From: Eledone cirrhosa
Taxonomy: Eukaryota
Reading direction: 5' to 3'
Length of the DNA stretch: 64,000 nucleotides
Assembly: GCA_964016885.1 (NCBI GenBank)
Contig: OZ024740.1
Span: 75,516,001 to 75,580,000, forward strand
A program made the position numbers and the translations under genes. The notes beneath the pieces were generated by a model. It had not been told where the DNA came from, searched no databases, and worked only from the letters and a program-made list of their open reading frames with translations. The stretch's first letter is position 1, and every line of letters begins with the position of its first letter. Positions 13,401-28,310 of this stretch are shown in pieces.

Positions 13401-14362
13401 GAGGTGCCAGAAAATGAGAGCGAAAAGGGGCTGCATGGCGGGGGGAGACACGGGAAGGTAGAATGGCAGTAAATGAATGAGTGAATGGATGGATCAAAAA
13501 GGGGGGGGGGGCAAGGGTTGTTCCCAGCGGAAAGACCCAGAGTTAAGCACGCACACATGCGAGCAACTGAGCAGTTTGTCAAAGACGATATTCTCAAAGG
13601 ACGCGCTTACAATATTTGAATATAACTGAACCGTCGTGTCATTTAATTTGAAAAGTGGAGCAAAGTAAAAGGAAAATAGTGAATTTGGAGTGTCAATCCC
13701 TTGATTTTTTTTTTCCCCCTTTTTTTTTTTTTTTTTTTCCAATACCGGACTTACAGTTTCCAGGATTTATACTCATTATTTTTTTTTTTTTTTTTTTTTT
13801 TCCTTCAAAAGGATGGAGGCGTTTTATCTCCTCGTGAAACTGACATTACTTAATGATGTTCGTAATCTATGGCTTATATGTATTATTTCATAACTCTAAC
13901 TATTAGAATGTTTGTGCAGTGTTCTGTGTCCAGCCAGGTTTGTACAACAGATAAGAAAAATGATAATTCAGTGGCGGTTTCTTCTGATATGAGCCTCTTC
14001 CACGTCGGAAGATCGAAGTGTGTTTTCTTGTCTTCTTCAATACTTTCATAAACGGCTTCGGAGATTTAAAACTTATGTTTCAATTGGTGCTTCCATTTCC
14101 ACACGGTTCTATTGTCTTATTTACAAAAATATATATTTCTATATATTTCTTTATTTATTTCTCTTCTTTTGGTATAATATAGCGAGTTGTCACCAGTGAT
14201 GTTTGAAGTTCCGTTTGTAGCAGCATATTATTTCTGTGATTAAAAAAAAATATTTAACATATCATTTCGAGAACGTTAATCAAACATTCTCAATCTTATC
14301 GGTTTTATTTTTCTATTTTTCTGTTCCTTCTTTCATTATATATGTGTGTTTGTGTGTGTGTT

Positions 14363-14562
<200 letters not shown>

Positions 14563-15041
14563 ATATATAATAAATGATAAGAACTTCAGAAAGCCGGTAC
14601 AATGCGGTAGAAATATTTAAAGGACAAAGGATGACAAGTAAAACAAAACAAAATAATGTTTTATACGTAGTATATTTCATCCTGATATTTCAGGATTGAC
14701 CCCCTTTTCAAATGCAAAACAGAAAGGACGCTTTCTTCCCGAAGGAGGACTAGTAAAAACCATTATTTTGTTTTATTTTATTTGTCATTCTTTGCCCTTT
14801 ATATATTTCAAACTGCATAGTTCCGGCTGTCTGAATTTCTTGTCATTGATTTTATATATATATGATAGTCACATTCTGTCTGCCTTACTACCCGCCTCTC
14901 ACCTCTGTGTCGTATTAATTTCTCCCTCCATCTTCTGGGATATTTTCACTTGCTACAAGGGAAACAGTCCTTTTTCTTGACCGATGTATCACGTGTTAAT
15001 TCCTCTCTCTGCCTATAGAGATTTTCTCACTTACTACAAAC

Positions 15042-15164
15042 TCGTCTGACGACCAGTCCTTTTCTCTGAGGTGTTTCTTGACAAGCTAATTGGCCTTATA
15101 ATGATGTTGCATATCTATAATGTACAATTGTTGCATACGGATCAGCGAAACTGTACAGTCGGAA
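15042..15164 (+). ncRNA. Degenerate hammerhead ribozyme
   Basis: CTGACGA at 15046, and GAAA-ctgtacag-TC at 15147-15160 with a palindromic stem III. Stems I and II are poorly paired. Confidence 0.45.
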
Positions 15165-15252
15165 CTTTGAAAAAAAAATAGATATATTTTTGTCTATCAT
15201 TTCCTCTTATTTTATAATTTGATATATATATATATATATATATGTGTCTGTG

Positions 15253-15293
<41 letters not shown>

Positions 15294-15485
15294 AAAAGGG
15301 AAACAGAAATAACAACACAATATATATATATAAATTTTGAGTATATGTTGGTTGTTTACCGACACCTCAGTATGCAGATTGGAACACTCGACGAAGTACG
15401 CAGGTTGGTTTGGTTACTCCGGAGTAATGTAAAATAAAATAATTAAGTCAAATATTTAAAATTTGGCTTCGTTTATTAAAGGTGT

Positions 15486-15540
15486 ACTGCTATATATATT
15501 TCGGTGACAGCCATCCTTGGCTGTGACCTCTTCAGGCAGT
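15486..15540 (-). ncRNA. Minimal type I hammerhead ribozyme
   Basis: Reverse complement: actgc-CTGAAGA-ggtcacagcca agga tggctgtcacc-GAAA-tatata-TA-gcagt. Confidence 0.85.
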
Positions 15541-16381
15541 CCGAATTGGTGTGGTAGAGACAGGTACACATGTTGTTGAGGTGTTTAACTCCGTCAATAC
15601 TCCGATATGACCAGTTCCTGGTTGGGTTGTTATTTCTCTGAGGAACTGGAATCATATGAATTCGAACAAACGAATTTCGGCGTCAAAGGAACTCTCTCCT
15701 CCCATTGGTCAGTTGTGAGAACATTCCTCAGTCAAAAGTCTATAGAATTTTTTCTGAGGCAAGGCAATCTGTTGTGGTTGTTTTTGTTAAGTACAGCTGA
15801 CCTCCTCCCTTGTGTTGGTGTTAGGAGGTCAGGGGATCAGTAGGCAGGTCAGCTTTGGTTCGGCTGCTGCTATGTTTAGAAGAATGTGTGCGTGTGTGGG
15901 TTGGCATCCATCCTGCCACCATTTCCCGTGGTGATCGGGGGGGGGGGGGGTCCAAACAGATGAAGAAGTAGGATAATGTAAAATGGAGAAATAAAAGAAT
16001 TAGAGGCAATAAAATGAAGAAAATAAAAGGATAAAAAGGTAACAAAATAAAAAAGTAAAAAAAAAATAAACAAAAAAATAATAAAAGAATAAAAGGAATA
16101 AGATAATAAAAGAATAAAAGAATAAAAGAATAAAATAAAATGCGTGTGTGTTATAACCAATCTCAAAGTTTGAAAGATTTGGAAAATATTGACTGAAGTA
16201 GAAAGGCTGTGTCAGGATCGGGAATTACAAAGGATCACAATCTTTACACTATCATGGAGTGGTGCGTTTTAAGAGCAAATGAGACAAGGGTGGAGTGTAA
16301 AATACCAGAACCCGAGTGTTAAAAACCGGGAATTCAGAGGACTACAGTTCCTATTTCGGCATAGAATACATACACAGATAC

Positions 16382-16503
<122 letters not shown>

Positions 16504-16671
16504 ATGTGTGTGAATGTGTGTGAATGTGTGTGTGTGTATGTGTGTGTGTGTGTGTGCATAGGGGATGCACCTGGGCCTGTACTTGTGCGTGTGTGCTTGG
16601 AACGATGTGAGTTGACACACACGCATATGTACTCTTATGGACATGTGTTGGTAAATATTAATGTTATTGAC

Positions 16672-16742
16672 TTGATTCTGAAGAGATTATTATAGCATGA
16701 ATGAATATTCCTGTTATGTTAATCGAAACGTTCGTCAATCAA
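16672..16742 (+). ncRNA. Type I hammerhead ribozyme
   Basis: ttgatt-CTGAAGA-gatta...taatc-GAAA-c gttc g-TC-aatcaa. Confidence 0.85.
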
Positions 16743-16928
16743 TTAATTAATTTAATTTAATATAAATCCTGGTTGTTTATATTCATTTATATATATATAT
16801 ATACAAAACGCCAGCACCAACAGTTTTGCAAGAGATGTCAACATGAATGGACCTGTTATTTTTATCTAAAGACATTTTTTCCAATTCCAGCCCTCCCGTC
16901 CCCTCAATCTATTTTATTTCTCATTCTT

Positions 16929-16963
16929 TCTTCTGATGAAGACTAGCGTCCGAAACGTTAAGA
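16929..16963 (+). ncRNA. Minimal hammerhead ribozyme (family B pLTR, about 16800-17055)
   Basis: tctt-CTGATGA-agactagcgtcc-GAAACGT-T-aaga with ACGT palindromic stem III. Homologs at 25819, 26133 and 62241. Confidence 0.75.
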
Positions 16964-17391
16964 CCCTCTTCCTGCTATATCAAGCGTTAACCTAATATAT
17001 CCCTTCCATATACTGTACCGATTGTGTTGTTATTTTTGATTACCTTTTACATACACACATATATATATATATGTATGTATGGGTGATCCATGCATATATT
17101 TATTATGTTTTAATATCTCTGTGTGTGAATTAGTTGTGTATACATGTGGTTATTCTTTTAAATTTCCAATTGAGTTCTTATACACGTGGTTAATACCTAA
17201 CAGGTTTAATTGACCAGCGTGTATATTGTTTTATTTTAAGATGACCTCCCTTTACCCTTTTGGGGACAGCGTGTATTTTTTCTTTGAGGGAACTGCTGGA
17301 TTCTAATCTACCAGTCTCTTCTTAGCGCCGAGGGAGACCATCACCATTCTGTTAATGTCAATATAATTCTTATATCGTTATTGACTGGGCA

Positions 17392-17515
17392 TCCACTGAT
17401 GAGTTTATAAGAGTCCGCTTGTGTATAAGACTATGAATTATATACAAGTTTCTACATAACCTGGAAATTATTTATCCCAAATTGTAGAAATCTTATAACG
17501 AAACGGCCGTCTGGA
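17392..17515 (+). ncRNA. Type I hammerhead ribozyme with long stem II
   Basis: tcca-CTGATGA-g(t)ttataaga...tcttataac-GAAA-c ggcc g-TC-tgga. Confidence 0.8.
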
Positions 17516-17693
17516 AGAAATGAGATATTTATTTAATTATGTCTCATATAAAATAATACAACCAACTATCCACGAAATACTGATTAGTTAGCACCCCAAA
17601 CACTAAATTGGGATAATACTTAAGTATATCCTAATGTTTGTTGAGTGAGATGGAGTTGGTCGGAGTATCGCTTAAGGCTTTCTCTGTTTATGT

Positions 17694-17723
<30 letters not shown>

Positions 17724-17728
<5 letters not shown>

Positions 17729-17970
17729 GGTGCGGACGATATTTGTTCGCAAGATTACTGTCTAGGGAAAAATAACACAGTAGTTTTATTTTTTAAGATT
17801 TATTTATCAAACTTGGGTCAGTTTGTCTTCATGACTTGTTCTTTCGATCTCACTCGATAAACTCGCCATTGGCTTTGATGACGGCCTCAAGGCGGCCTTG
17901 GAACCGGCTACTGTCCCCCGACTTAGGCCCCTAAAGGCACTTGTGATCCTGTCCTTCAGATCGTCTTTCG
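17724..17970 (-). mobile_element. Tc1/mariner transposon 3' end (transposase C-terminus plus TIR)
   Basis: Minus strand reads KDDLKDRITSAF... then RFQGRLEAVIKANGEFIE*. Terminus is ta-cagggtg. Confidence 0.8.
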
Positions 17971-18054
17971 ATATATATATATATATATATATATACACCT
18001 AATTTTCAAATTCTAAACAAAACCTGCTTTGTGTCTCAATATTTATATACATAT

Positions 18055-18429
18055 ATAATCAGGTCGAGTTCTCGGTTACTGGTAACTCCGAAGGTACGCA
18101 CAAAGTCTAAGGCCTTGTCAAGTAGCGGTTTAGTGATAGAACGGTAAAAATGGGTTATAAGGAACTAGGTAAACTTAGCTCTGGCCCTTCTTAAAATATA
18201 CATCACTACTTTGGGGAGAAATATTTAGCCTAGGGACAACAACTTCCATTTTTCACATTTGTGTCCACGTGCCTGAATGAAGGGCCAGTTTAAAAGTGCC
18301 TCCTCCATTATACAGTAGTGGCCATGACTGGACCTCGAAATCATTGGTAGTACATACACTAAATAAGCTCTCTTCCAAGAGATCGATCATTGTTTTCCTT
18401 GATCTTTCATCTACGAATTTCTACCAACG

Positions 18430-18430
<1 letters not shown>
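18055..18430. pseudogene. Degenerate PLE fragment with an inverted RT piece
   Basis: Minus 18055-18155 reads THFYRSITKPLLDKALDFVRTF..NRELDLII, which resembles NNYYSSITLPLLLRAINFAKTL..FEVDVIL in the 53055 ORF. Confidence 0.5.
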
Positions 18431-18486
<56 letters not shown>

Positions 18487-18540
18487 AGAAATAGCTGTCG
18501 AAACGGCTTGAGCTCTGCCGTCGGGTTTCTGACTCTTTTC

Positions 18541-18596
<56 letters not shown>

Positions 18597-18879
18597 TTAT
18601 TTATATATGGGGGGTATGGGGGTGTATATGCAATATGTGTATTCAAATAAATCCAACGTTTACATTTTTTTATATTTCTTATAAAAATGATGGAAACATT
18701 TTTTCAATTTAACATTTTTTAAATGTCATGCGTTTTATTTTTATATATTAATGCCCCGTGGCCCGTGGGCAATGGCCACCCGTGGCATTTCCGTGGGCAA
18801 TGGCCAACGATACACGAAGAATTTATCTCACGAACCTGTTAACACTGGTTTACCGTTTAACAAATACTTTAGAGTAACA

Positions 18880-19200
18880 TGGCTGAATATTTAAGAAGTT
18901 CGCTTTGCAATAAATTCGTCCCGAGATCGATCCCATTGCGTGACATCTTGGGCGTCATTTACCGTAACTTCAAATTAACCCATATTTTGTGAGTGAAGTT
19001 GGATAGATGGAAACTGTTGGGTGGACGACACCTGTAATTCAAAGGGCCAGCCTTGTCACACACGATGTTAAATCTCCCTAAGAATTACATTAAATGTACA
19101 TGTGTCTGCGGAATAACAACCACTTACACGTTAATTTCACGAGCAGGCTGCTCTGTTCATCGAAAAACTGGAACATCCATCGTCGAAACTGACGGATGTC
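18880..19200 (+). mobile_element. Degenerate S1-type SINE
   Basis: catggctgaat...ttaagaagttcgctttgcaa...gatcgatccca...cttgggc. Confidence 0.45.
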
Positions 19201-19394
19201 TATTCAATCTATACCTTGCAGTCGCTTCAAATAAATCTTTCTATGCATGCAAGTGAACTCCCGTCGTCAAGAGCTGTTTCTATATTTGCCATAAGGCGTT
19301 ACTAATACTTTATTTTATCGACCCCGTAAATATGAAAGGCAAAGTTAACCTCGGCGGGATTGAAATTCAGAATGAAAAGGGTTGTGATCTCTCA

Positions 19395-19645
19395 ATACTA
19401 TGGGCATGTGGTTAGAATGTCTCAGGAAAGAATCGCTGGATAGATTTTATGGGCATAACCAACTGACAGGAGACCCTTGGTTGATCTCGCTTGGAGATTC
19501 AGTCGGATCAACTGGAGACTGTTGCTTCTGACAGGACCTGCTGGAAGGGGTGTTTGAGGGCTCTGCCCCCATGACTCTCTCAAGAAGAAGAAGAAGAAGA
19601 AAAAGAAGAAGAAGAAGAAGAAGAAGAAGAAGAAGAAGAAGAAGA
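19395..19645 (+). pseudogene. Probable RTE LINE 3' end with (AAG)n tail
   Basis: GHVVRM-like motif (tatgggcatgtggttagaatg) followed by a long (aag)n tail. Confidence 0.4.
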
Positions 19646-19979
19646 ATTAAAGGGCTGTAACTAACTATATGCAGCAAAACATGTTGGCAGTCGTCTAATC
19701 ACAGGTCAGCTCTGATCCTGCAATCTTATGATCAAGGACTTTCCAACTGTGAAGATCCAGACATTTTAGGTAGAGGTGAGATTTAAGGGAGGTTTCACTG
19801 GTAATTTGGGTTGGTTAAACGATCGCATAAATGTTTTCTGGTTGGCTCAAAGGAAGTAGTGCTCCTGTTTAAGAAGATTTACTGACGGCAGTTGCTTTCT
19901 AATAAATAAAATTTACGCATACTTAATATATGTGTGTGTGTATATGTCTATACATACACAAACGTACACGCACACACAT

Positions 19980-20117
<138 letters not shown>

Positions 20118-20304
20118 GTGTCAACTAGAAATTGATTGACATATATATATATTGTTATGCTTTGGGAGGGTCATGTTACAAATAAGAAACACACGCACCA
20201 GTTGCTTTCACTTCAATTTATTATAAATTAAATTTATAAATTTAGGAATTTATAAATTTCCGGTTGGTTGGTTGGTTCCACAACCAGACGATTGTTCATA
20301 TATT

Positions 20305-20347
20305 GTCAAAGTTCTTTCGTCACACATTCTGTGACCTCTTCAGTGAC
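20305..20347 (-). ncRNA. Minimal hammerhead ribozyme (GAAAGAACUU variant)
   Basis: Reverse complement: gtca-CTGAAGA-ggtcaca gaatg tgtgac-GAAA-gaac-TT-tgac. Same stem III as at 49851. Confidence 0.75.
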
Positions 20348-20459
20348 TGGGATCCTTTTCTTCTCTTTCAACACACGTTTTCAGAAAAAGAATCTTGCTA
20401 AACAAATTCAGAAACGTAATATATATATATATATATATATACATACATATATATATGAA

Positions 20460-20796
20460 GGCACATGGCTTAGTGGTTAGAGCATTGGCCTTGCAATCGA
20501 AAAGTTGTGAGTTCAATTCTCGGACCGGGTGATGTGTTGTTTCCTTGAGCAAGACACTTTATTTCACATTGCTCCAGTCTACTCAGCTGTAGAAATGAGA
20601 TGATAGGGACTGGTATCCCTACCATTCCACTGCAAAGTGGTCGTGGAGGTGCCACGGCATAAAAGCACCCAGCACTCACTGTAAATGAGGTTGGTGTTAG
20701 GAAGGGCATCCAGCTGTAGAAATCAAGCCAGAATCAGTCCCCGTCCCACCCTTGCAAGCAGGGAAAAGTGGACGTAAAAAGAAATGATGATGATGA

Positions 20797-20800
<4 letters not shown>
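20460..20800 (+). mobile_element. Full-length S1 SINE with (TGA)n tail
   Basis: ggcacatggcttagtggttagagc, gagttcaattc, ccttgagcaagacactt, and 3' ggaagggcatccagctgtagaaa...tgatgatgat. Confidence 0.8.
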
Positions 20801-20835
<35 letters not shown>

Positions 20836-20839
<4 letters not shown>

Positions 20840-21072
20840 AAAGAATAGAGGTGTAACACACAAGTTATTATATATTGGTAAACGGAATAGAAAATGCTGA
20901 CAAATTGTTCACAGTTGAAAAATGGTTTAATTAGGAATAAAAGAGTATTAGTGATTGTATGGGTTAGTATTCAGTTGTGGTTTTAAGTTTTTTAATTTTT
21001 ACCGGTTGCGCATTTCTAAATGCTTTTCAAAAATAATTTTGAGATAGAGTGTCCGTGCTGTTTGCTCTGATC

Positions 21073-21075
<3 letters not shown>
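20836..21075 (-). mobile_element. Solo P1 PLE 3' end including tail, between (TA)n tracts
   Basis: Reverse complement matches 39097-39325. Confidence 0.8.
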
Positions 21076-21120
<45 letters not shown>

Positions 21121-21177
21121 TGTACAGATATTTTTGCATACACAATAACAAAATATAAACAAACGTATTTATTTCAC

Positions 21178-21233
21178 GAGGCTCGATAAGGATAAATATA
21201 TATCAAATATATAAGAACCCTAGAGCAAATATT
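21178..21233 (-). mobile_element. Fragment of the 50.6-55 kb PLE pLTR
   Basis: Reverse complement matches 52288-52343. Confidence 0.6.
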
Positions 21234-21789
21234 TTTCTCATTGCTGACGAGGCAGAAGAGGATATAGACGATTGGCTGACGAGGGACGAGACTGTGTTAG
21301 TAGTACGACCAACAGCCGCTATCACACCAACAACAACAAAAAAGAGAGGGAACGCAATTACATGCTTTTGAAAAATCTTAATGGAAAATTATTTGCCTAT
21401 TCACCCAAGGCGACTTCACTTTTTATTAGGACTTCTGCATCAATTGGTGAACATACGACGAAACTGTTTCAGAAAGGAGGGATAAATATGCCAATCTATG
21501 TTTAGAATCCCGAGCAACGCCGGATCATTCTGCTAGTTTTTCTTAGAATAAGAGGTGTAAGAATGCACAGTAACTACAGTAAACTAGAGTACACGGTGTA
21601 AAATGAGTGTGATTTTTGGATTCAGTGGCCTGAAAAGCTTTAAAATCAGTCAAAACATCCCCTATACCATTTCAATTTTTTTTTTCTGTAGACCTGCATT
21701 ATAGGAAAAAAGTAAAAGTGGAAAAGCACGGGAGTATATTCAACGATTCTTTTTGCTTTTAATCCGACTAAATAAATATTTTTAGAATA

Positions 21790-21900
21790 GCTATATTAAA
21801 TGAATTTAAGTTTTACTAATAAGTTTAATTAAAATATACACATACATGTATATAATGTAAAATGAAATTGGAAGGCCCATATATATATGTGAGTGTGTGT

Positions 21901-21954
<54 letters not shown>

Positions 21955-22520
21955 ATATATATATATATGTGTGTATATGTTTGTGTGTATATGTTTCCAT
22001 GTTTGTGCATATGTGGGGGGGGGGGTCTTTCAATCTACTCTCTCACAACCACTATCTCTTTCCCTCCAACTTTCTCTCCATTTATGAAGGTAACCGGAAA
22101 AAACCCATATCTCGGGAACCTGTGCTCCGATATATCTACTACACGGAACTCTTTTCAATACCCCCTCTCTATAGCAATTAACACCAAACTCTGCCCCTCT
22201 TTGTATCTACTACACGGAACTCTTTTCCAATCCCCTATATATCAATTTACACCGAACTCTCCCGTTCTCTATATCTACTACTCGGTACTTTCTTCCAATT
22301 CCTTCTCTATATCAATTCACCAAACTCTCCCCCCCCCCTCCCCTCTATATCTACTACACGGAGTTCTCTTACCAATCCCCTTCTCTATATTAATAAACAT
22401 CAATCTCTCCCCATCTCTATATCTAATATACAACACACTCTCCCAACCTTCCTCTCTATATCGATTACCACGAAACTCTCCCCCTCTCTATATATGTATC
22501 TTTCTCTCCCATCTACCTAG
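21790..22520 (-). mobile_element. Helitron-like non-autonomous element fragment with internal minisatellite
   Basis: Homologous to 36118-36240 and 39382-39430. Has a ctctctatatc-rich repeat at 22130-22500. A separate Helitron-type 3' end (cccgagcaacgccgga...ctagt) lies on the plus strand at 21509-21537. Confidence 0.5.
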
Positions 22521-23110
22521 ATAACATGTACATAAATTGTAGCACAAGACAAGAAATATGTACTGGTATAGAATTAATTCATATTCTGTATTGTGCGTTA
22601 CGTAGATTTTATATATACAATTAGATATTTAGTAGGATACCTTTAAAGAAGAATATTAGAGATTTATAACACATTAACAGTGACAACGACACAGAACAAT
22701 TTGAAATGAACACAATCCGCACCAATAGAAAATGAAAAGCTTCAACAGAAGAAATAATTCTCGTGTATTACCTATGTAACTCCTGGCTTCATGGTATGCA
22801 GTAGCTAGACCATAAATGTTGTATTTTATATGAAATTCAGGATTTTTATTTAGTAATGGTTCAAAGCGAAAATTTATTGATGAATTAACAAGTTTTTATA
22901 TGAGAGTTAATAAAGCATTGAAATACAAACTTTACTTTATTACCATTTTAAAGCAATTAACTACTTCAATAGATATTTATATTACCGTACTCAATTTGTT
23001 CCTAATTATCAGTGACCAAAATCGCGTGTAACAAATTTCTTTACACACACAGCCACACACACACGTGCACACACACACATATACATACCTACATACATAC
23101 ATATATATAT

Positions 23111-23173
<63 letters not shown>

Positions 23174-23245
23174 TATATATATATATAATTCTATATATAT
23201 AATTATATATATATATAATTCTATATATATAATTCTATATATATA

Positions 23246-24084
<839 letters not shown>

Positions 24085-24964
24085 TTGAATGATGTGACTC
24101 CATGTTTACGGCGTACGAACAATTTGGTGTACATAAAACCCGCAGTATATGCACAAAGACAAATATTCATATACGAGTAATGCTCAGTTACAGAAAGAAG
24201 TATTTGTAACTAAATACTATAATCATCTGTGACAATGTTATTAAAATAAACAGCTGGAAAGACGGGACTTTTTTTTTTAACTGTTAATGCGTTTTTAATT
24301 AAAATCATACTTTTGAAATGAAAACTCTGACGACATTGATATACAAACACACTGATTTGGTTTCTGCATCTCATTTTAAGTGGTATATATTATTATAAAT
24401 TATTTAAATATATATCTACACTCAAAAGGAAAATAAAACAAAAAACAACTAGATGTTTTAGAAATGTTTACCAGCCTATACGTTGTCTCGAACTTTTTTC
24501 AGCCAATAGATGTCTGTCTCAATAATATTATATGGTTCTCTACCACATCCTATGTTTTTGTTTTTGACTAACCCATATTTCAAACAAATTTAAAGGAAAA
24601 TAAAAATGCAGTAGCATTGGTTGTTAAAGAGGATAAGTGCTACCAGATGCGAGAACTATATATTTTTTTTTGTTTTTTTTTTTGTTATTAAATAAAATAG
24701 TTTTAGTAAAATTTTATTCTTTAATCTTTTCTTTTGCAATATTAAAGAATTCAATCGTATTATTTTTTCGTGTCGTATTTTAACGAATTCAAAGAATTAT
24801 TCTAAAACTGATAAGGATATGTTGATCTATGTCTATACTTCGTGAAATGTTACCTGTTTATGTGTGTTTTAAGCTAAAATTTAGAAAATGTTTAACAAAG
24901 ATTTTTTATTAGATTCTATACTTAGAAGTGTATATCGAGATGAGATGGGCTTCGCCAGGATTAA

Positions 24965-25265
24965 AACTGCCCGCGACTCTTACTGCTGTTGGAGTCGTAG
25001 TGTTGCCATAGTGTCATACGGCGTTTCTTGGGCATTCTGAATGCTGGCAGAGCCAATCTCCTCAGCAGAGGAACAGACAGAGAGGGGGAGATGGAGAGAG
25101 AGGAAAAATCGACCCCAGTACTAGACTGGTAATTATTTTTTCGACCTCGAAAACGTGAAACGCAATATTGACCTCGTTGGGATTCGAAATCAGAAAGCCG
25201 AGAGCCGGAACAAATACCGCAATGCATTCTATCCGACGTTCTAAGGACTCTGCCAATTCGCTGCA
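24965..25265 (-). mobile_element. S2 SINE (same subfamily as 8953-9285)
   Basis: Reverse complement: gcgaattggcagagtcc...ccagtctagtactggggtcgat...aatgcccaagaaacgcc. Confidence 0.75.
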
Positions 25266-25818
25266 TTTACACACACACACACACACATACATATATATAT
25301 GTAGAGAGAGAGGGGGGTGAGAATAAGCTTAGGAAAATTAACAAAGAGAAGACAAGACAGCGAACGAAAACAAGGCAAAATGAAAAACAATTTTTTTAAG
25401 AGGAAACCTTAAAAATTATTTTTTGAAAATAAAAATACAAACGAAAGACAAAGGACCCCAGAGTCTTCAGCCGTTGATATGGACTTTGGTATTTTTGACC
25501 CCTACCAACGGTAATGCTGTTTCAACCGGGGTCACAGCGTCTGACACAATCCAAAGCGTTGTCCATAGATGAGAAAATCAACTTCTACTATTTAAAACAC
25601 CATATATATTTCCTTACACATGTTTCAAAGGAGCTGTACATCCAATTATATGAATTGTTCTGTGTTTATGCCTACACCCCCTAATCTTTCTCACTAATAA
25701 CTTCTTTCTTTTCAAACCCGTATAATATATAAACGCATTGAGTGGCAATTACATACTATCATATATAATTCTCTACTTTCCTTCGAGCATTGTATGTATG
25801 ATTCTACCTTTGCTATAG

Positions 25819-25966
25819 GACTAGCGTCCGAAACGTCAAGAGCTCCTTCCTGCTATTTCAAGCCTTAACCTAATATATTCCTTCCATATACTGTGCCGAT
25901 TGTGTTGTTATTTCTGTTTACCTTTTACATATATACATACACATATATACATATATACATATATAT

Positions 25967-26012
<46 letters not shown>

Positions 26013-26166
26013 ATACATACATATATATATGTGTATGTGTGTGTGTAAAAGGTAAACAGAAATAACGAAGCAAACGATACAGTACATAGAGGAAATATAT
26101 TAGATTAACGCTTGAAATAGCAGAAAGATAGTTTTAATGTTTCGGACAGTACTCCTTCGTCATAAA
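25819..26166. mobile_element. Two tail-to-tail family B pLTR ends with partial or degenerate HHRs around a microsatellite
   Basis: Plus 25819-25930 begins ggactagcgtcc-GAAACGTC-aag. Minus 26045-26166 has aTGACGA-aggagtactgtcc-GAAACATT. Confidence 0.65.
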
Positions 26167-26559
26167 ATAGAATTAAAAATAGAAGATAAATAAAAAGAAA
26201 AGAGTGAGAATAGGAAGGAACGGAGGAAAATGAAGGGGGAAAAGGAAAACCAAAATATGTGCGTATTCAGTCAGTCATCTTTGACATTTGCTGGTCCAGG
26301 AAGGGGTCCTTTAAGCGTTAGAGAGGTTTAGGAAGGGAGTAATCAATGTATATGCGGAATGGACATGTGTGTATGCGTGCGTGTGTTTGTTTGTGTGTAT
26401 ATATATACAAGTTTACATGTTTGTGTGTATATATATATACAAGTTTACATGGGTTGATAATGCAACCATATAAAGACAAGGAACATTTTAAAGCTCAATG
26501 TGATTTTATTTATGGACCGCCTCACCAATTAAACCTGTCTCTTCCACAAAAAGTTGAAA

Positions 26560-27110
26560 AGCAGGTGTTCCAATCGTGGACGAGAGTAAAGCACAAAGGT
26601 CATTGCGGTAAGAGGTGACCGGCCTTTCAGAAACAGCTTCCTCGCGGCCCATTTCTAGGTGAGTGTGGCCACCCTGCTCGTTACCTCGTCCCAGTTCTTA
26701 TTCACCAGAAGGTCTGGCCCAAACCAGACGCCGAGTAACTTCACCTTTCAGCTCCGACGACGCATGGTGCCGAGCTGCAAACCCACCGACTCTTTCGGGC
26801 TGGTCTTTGCTCCCCTCAACCTTTCATTTTCCTCTAAAAAGGTACTGACCACATTGATTTCCGAGGTGTGCGACACCATTATGGTGACATCGTCTGCATA
26901 TGCTTACGCAACCCTTCCACGTACCTGTTCGGTCGGGATTCCCTGCAACAGCTCCAGCTTCCGCTGTAATGACTCGGGAGTCAACACATAGAGAAGGGAG
27001 GAGAGAGGTCATCCTTGACGGACCGAGCACGCGATTTGTTGGAACGGTTACGATATATGGCCGTTGAATTTGACTACCTTCCGCAACAAACATCATATCA
27101 GTCCGCCTCA
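26560..27110 (-). pseudogene. Tx1-like RT fragment
   Basis: Homologous to about 58100-58650 (SAYADDVT, GVWFGPDL), with many lesions. Confidence 0.8.
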
Positions 27111-27403
27111 TTATCTATAGCCCATATTGAAACAGGAATGTTAAATAACAACCTTATTACTTAAGATGCTGTCTGATGAAGTCGTGTTGGCGGTTGTATT
27201 GCATAATCATGAACGTCACAGATAAATGTATTACGGCAGATTCTGAATAAAATGAGTTTTTCTCGTCAGTGTAAATGAGGGGATTATTCTCATTTGCACA
27301 TGAAGCTATATATGCAAATGAGATTAATCACCTCATTTACACACACGAGAAACTATATATTCTCGCCTGTTTTCAAAGTCCAGCAGTTGCAAGAGCGGGA
27401 GGG

Positions 27404-27447
27404 ATCGTCCTGATGAGAACCAGTTCAGTTCGAAACGCATCAACGAT
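27404..27447 (+). ncRNA. Minimal type I hammerhead ribozyme
   Basis: atcgtc-CTGATGA-gaac cagttca gttc-GAAA-cgca-TC-aacgat. Confidence 0.75.
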
Positions 27448-27608
27448 TGTTCCCCTTGCTTCTGCTGGACACCACCAGGTGGCGATAGCCGCCGGTGTTT
27501 TTGTATAGCTACAGCTTTCTAAATGTTTATTTATAAACATACCGTATTTATTTAGAAATACGAAATTCTAATACATATCTGTATACAGCTATGCTCGAAG
27601 CTAAATTC

Positions 27609-27673
<65 letters not shown>

Positions 27674-28310
27674 AGTTGACGGAACTAGCATGGGTTTCAC
27701 TGCTAGGACCGGTTGCATCTCGGCGTACTCAATAGGTAATGTTAAATAAACTCCCAGAGTAGACACTTAGTTATTCGCTTGTATATATATTTATATAATC
27801 TGCCATATAAATAGTTAACTGAGAGGCCATGCAATACATATAAGCTAATATGTAGACTATAGATTATACTCTACTAAGCAAATGTTTGACAGTGATTTCA
27901 AATTATATACTTCTCTGACACTTCATCCCTGTTTCTCGTCTTATTATTGCCTCAATCAAATAGTACCCACGTCCACCTATGTATTGTATCTCATATATCA
28001 TCCAATCCTACCTTATTTAACTTCTTATTCATCATTCAATTAGGTCCCATAGCTCTATTTTAGAAGTGTTCAAACATTTCGAACAAGATTTAGACCAAAT
28101 CAAATTCTACTAAATATACAAAATGTAGAAGTGGTTTCATGAACAAAAATATGCATAGTCACTATGATGTGTAGAGATTCCCATGGCTTTACTTCAAACT
28201 AAATAGAGTATCCTTCAGGTAGATAGATGTCTCACACACACACACGCACACATTCTAGACATATCACGTTATATAAGAAAAATTATAATTAAAAAAGGCT
28301 CTGAAAAGCG

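Noticed and set aside
13880-14320. Coding-like minus-strand stretch (EAVYESIEEDKKTHFDLPTWKRL)
   Set aside because: Interrupted by stops and has no identifiable motif; it cannot be assigned without a search.
21244-21292. Two CTGACGA cores
   Set aside because: No GAAA or paired helices follow. The same applies to CTGATGA at 27173, 34209 and 61695(-).
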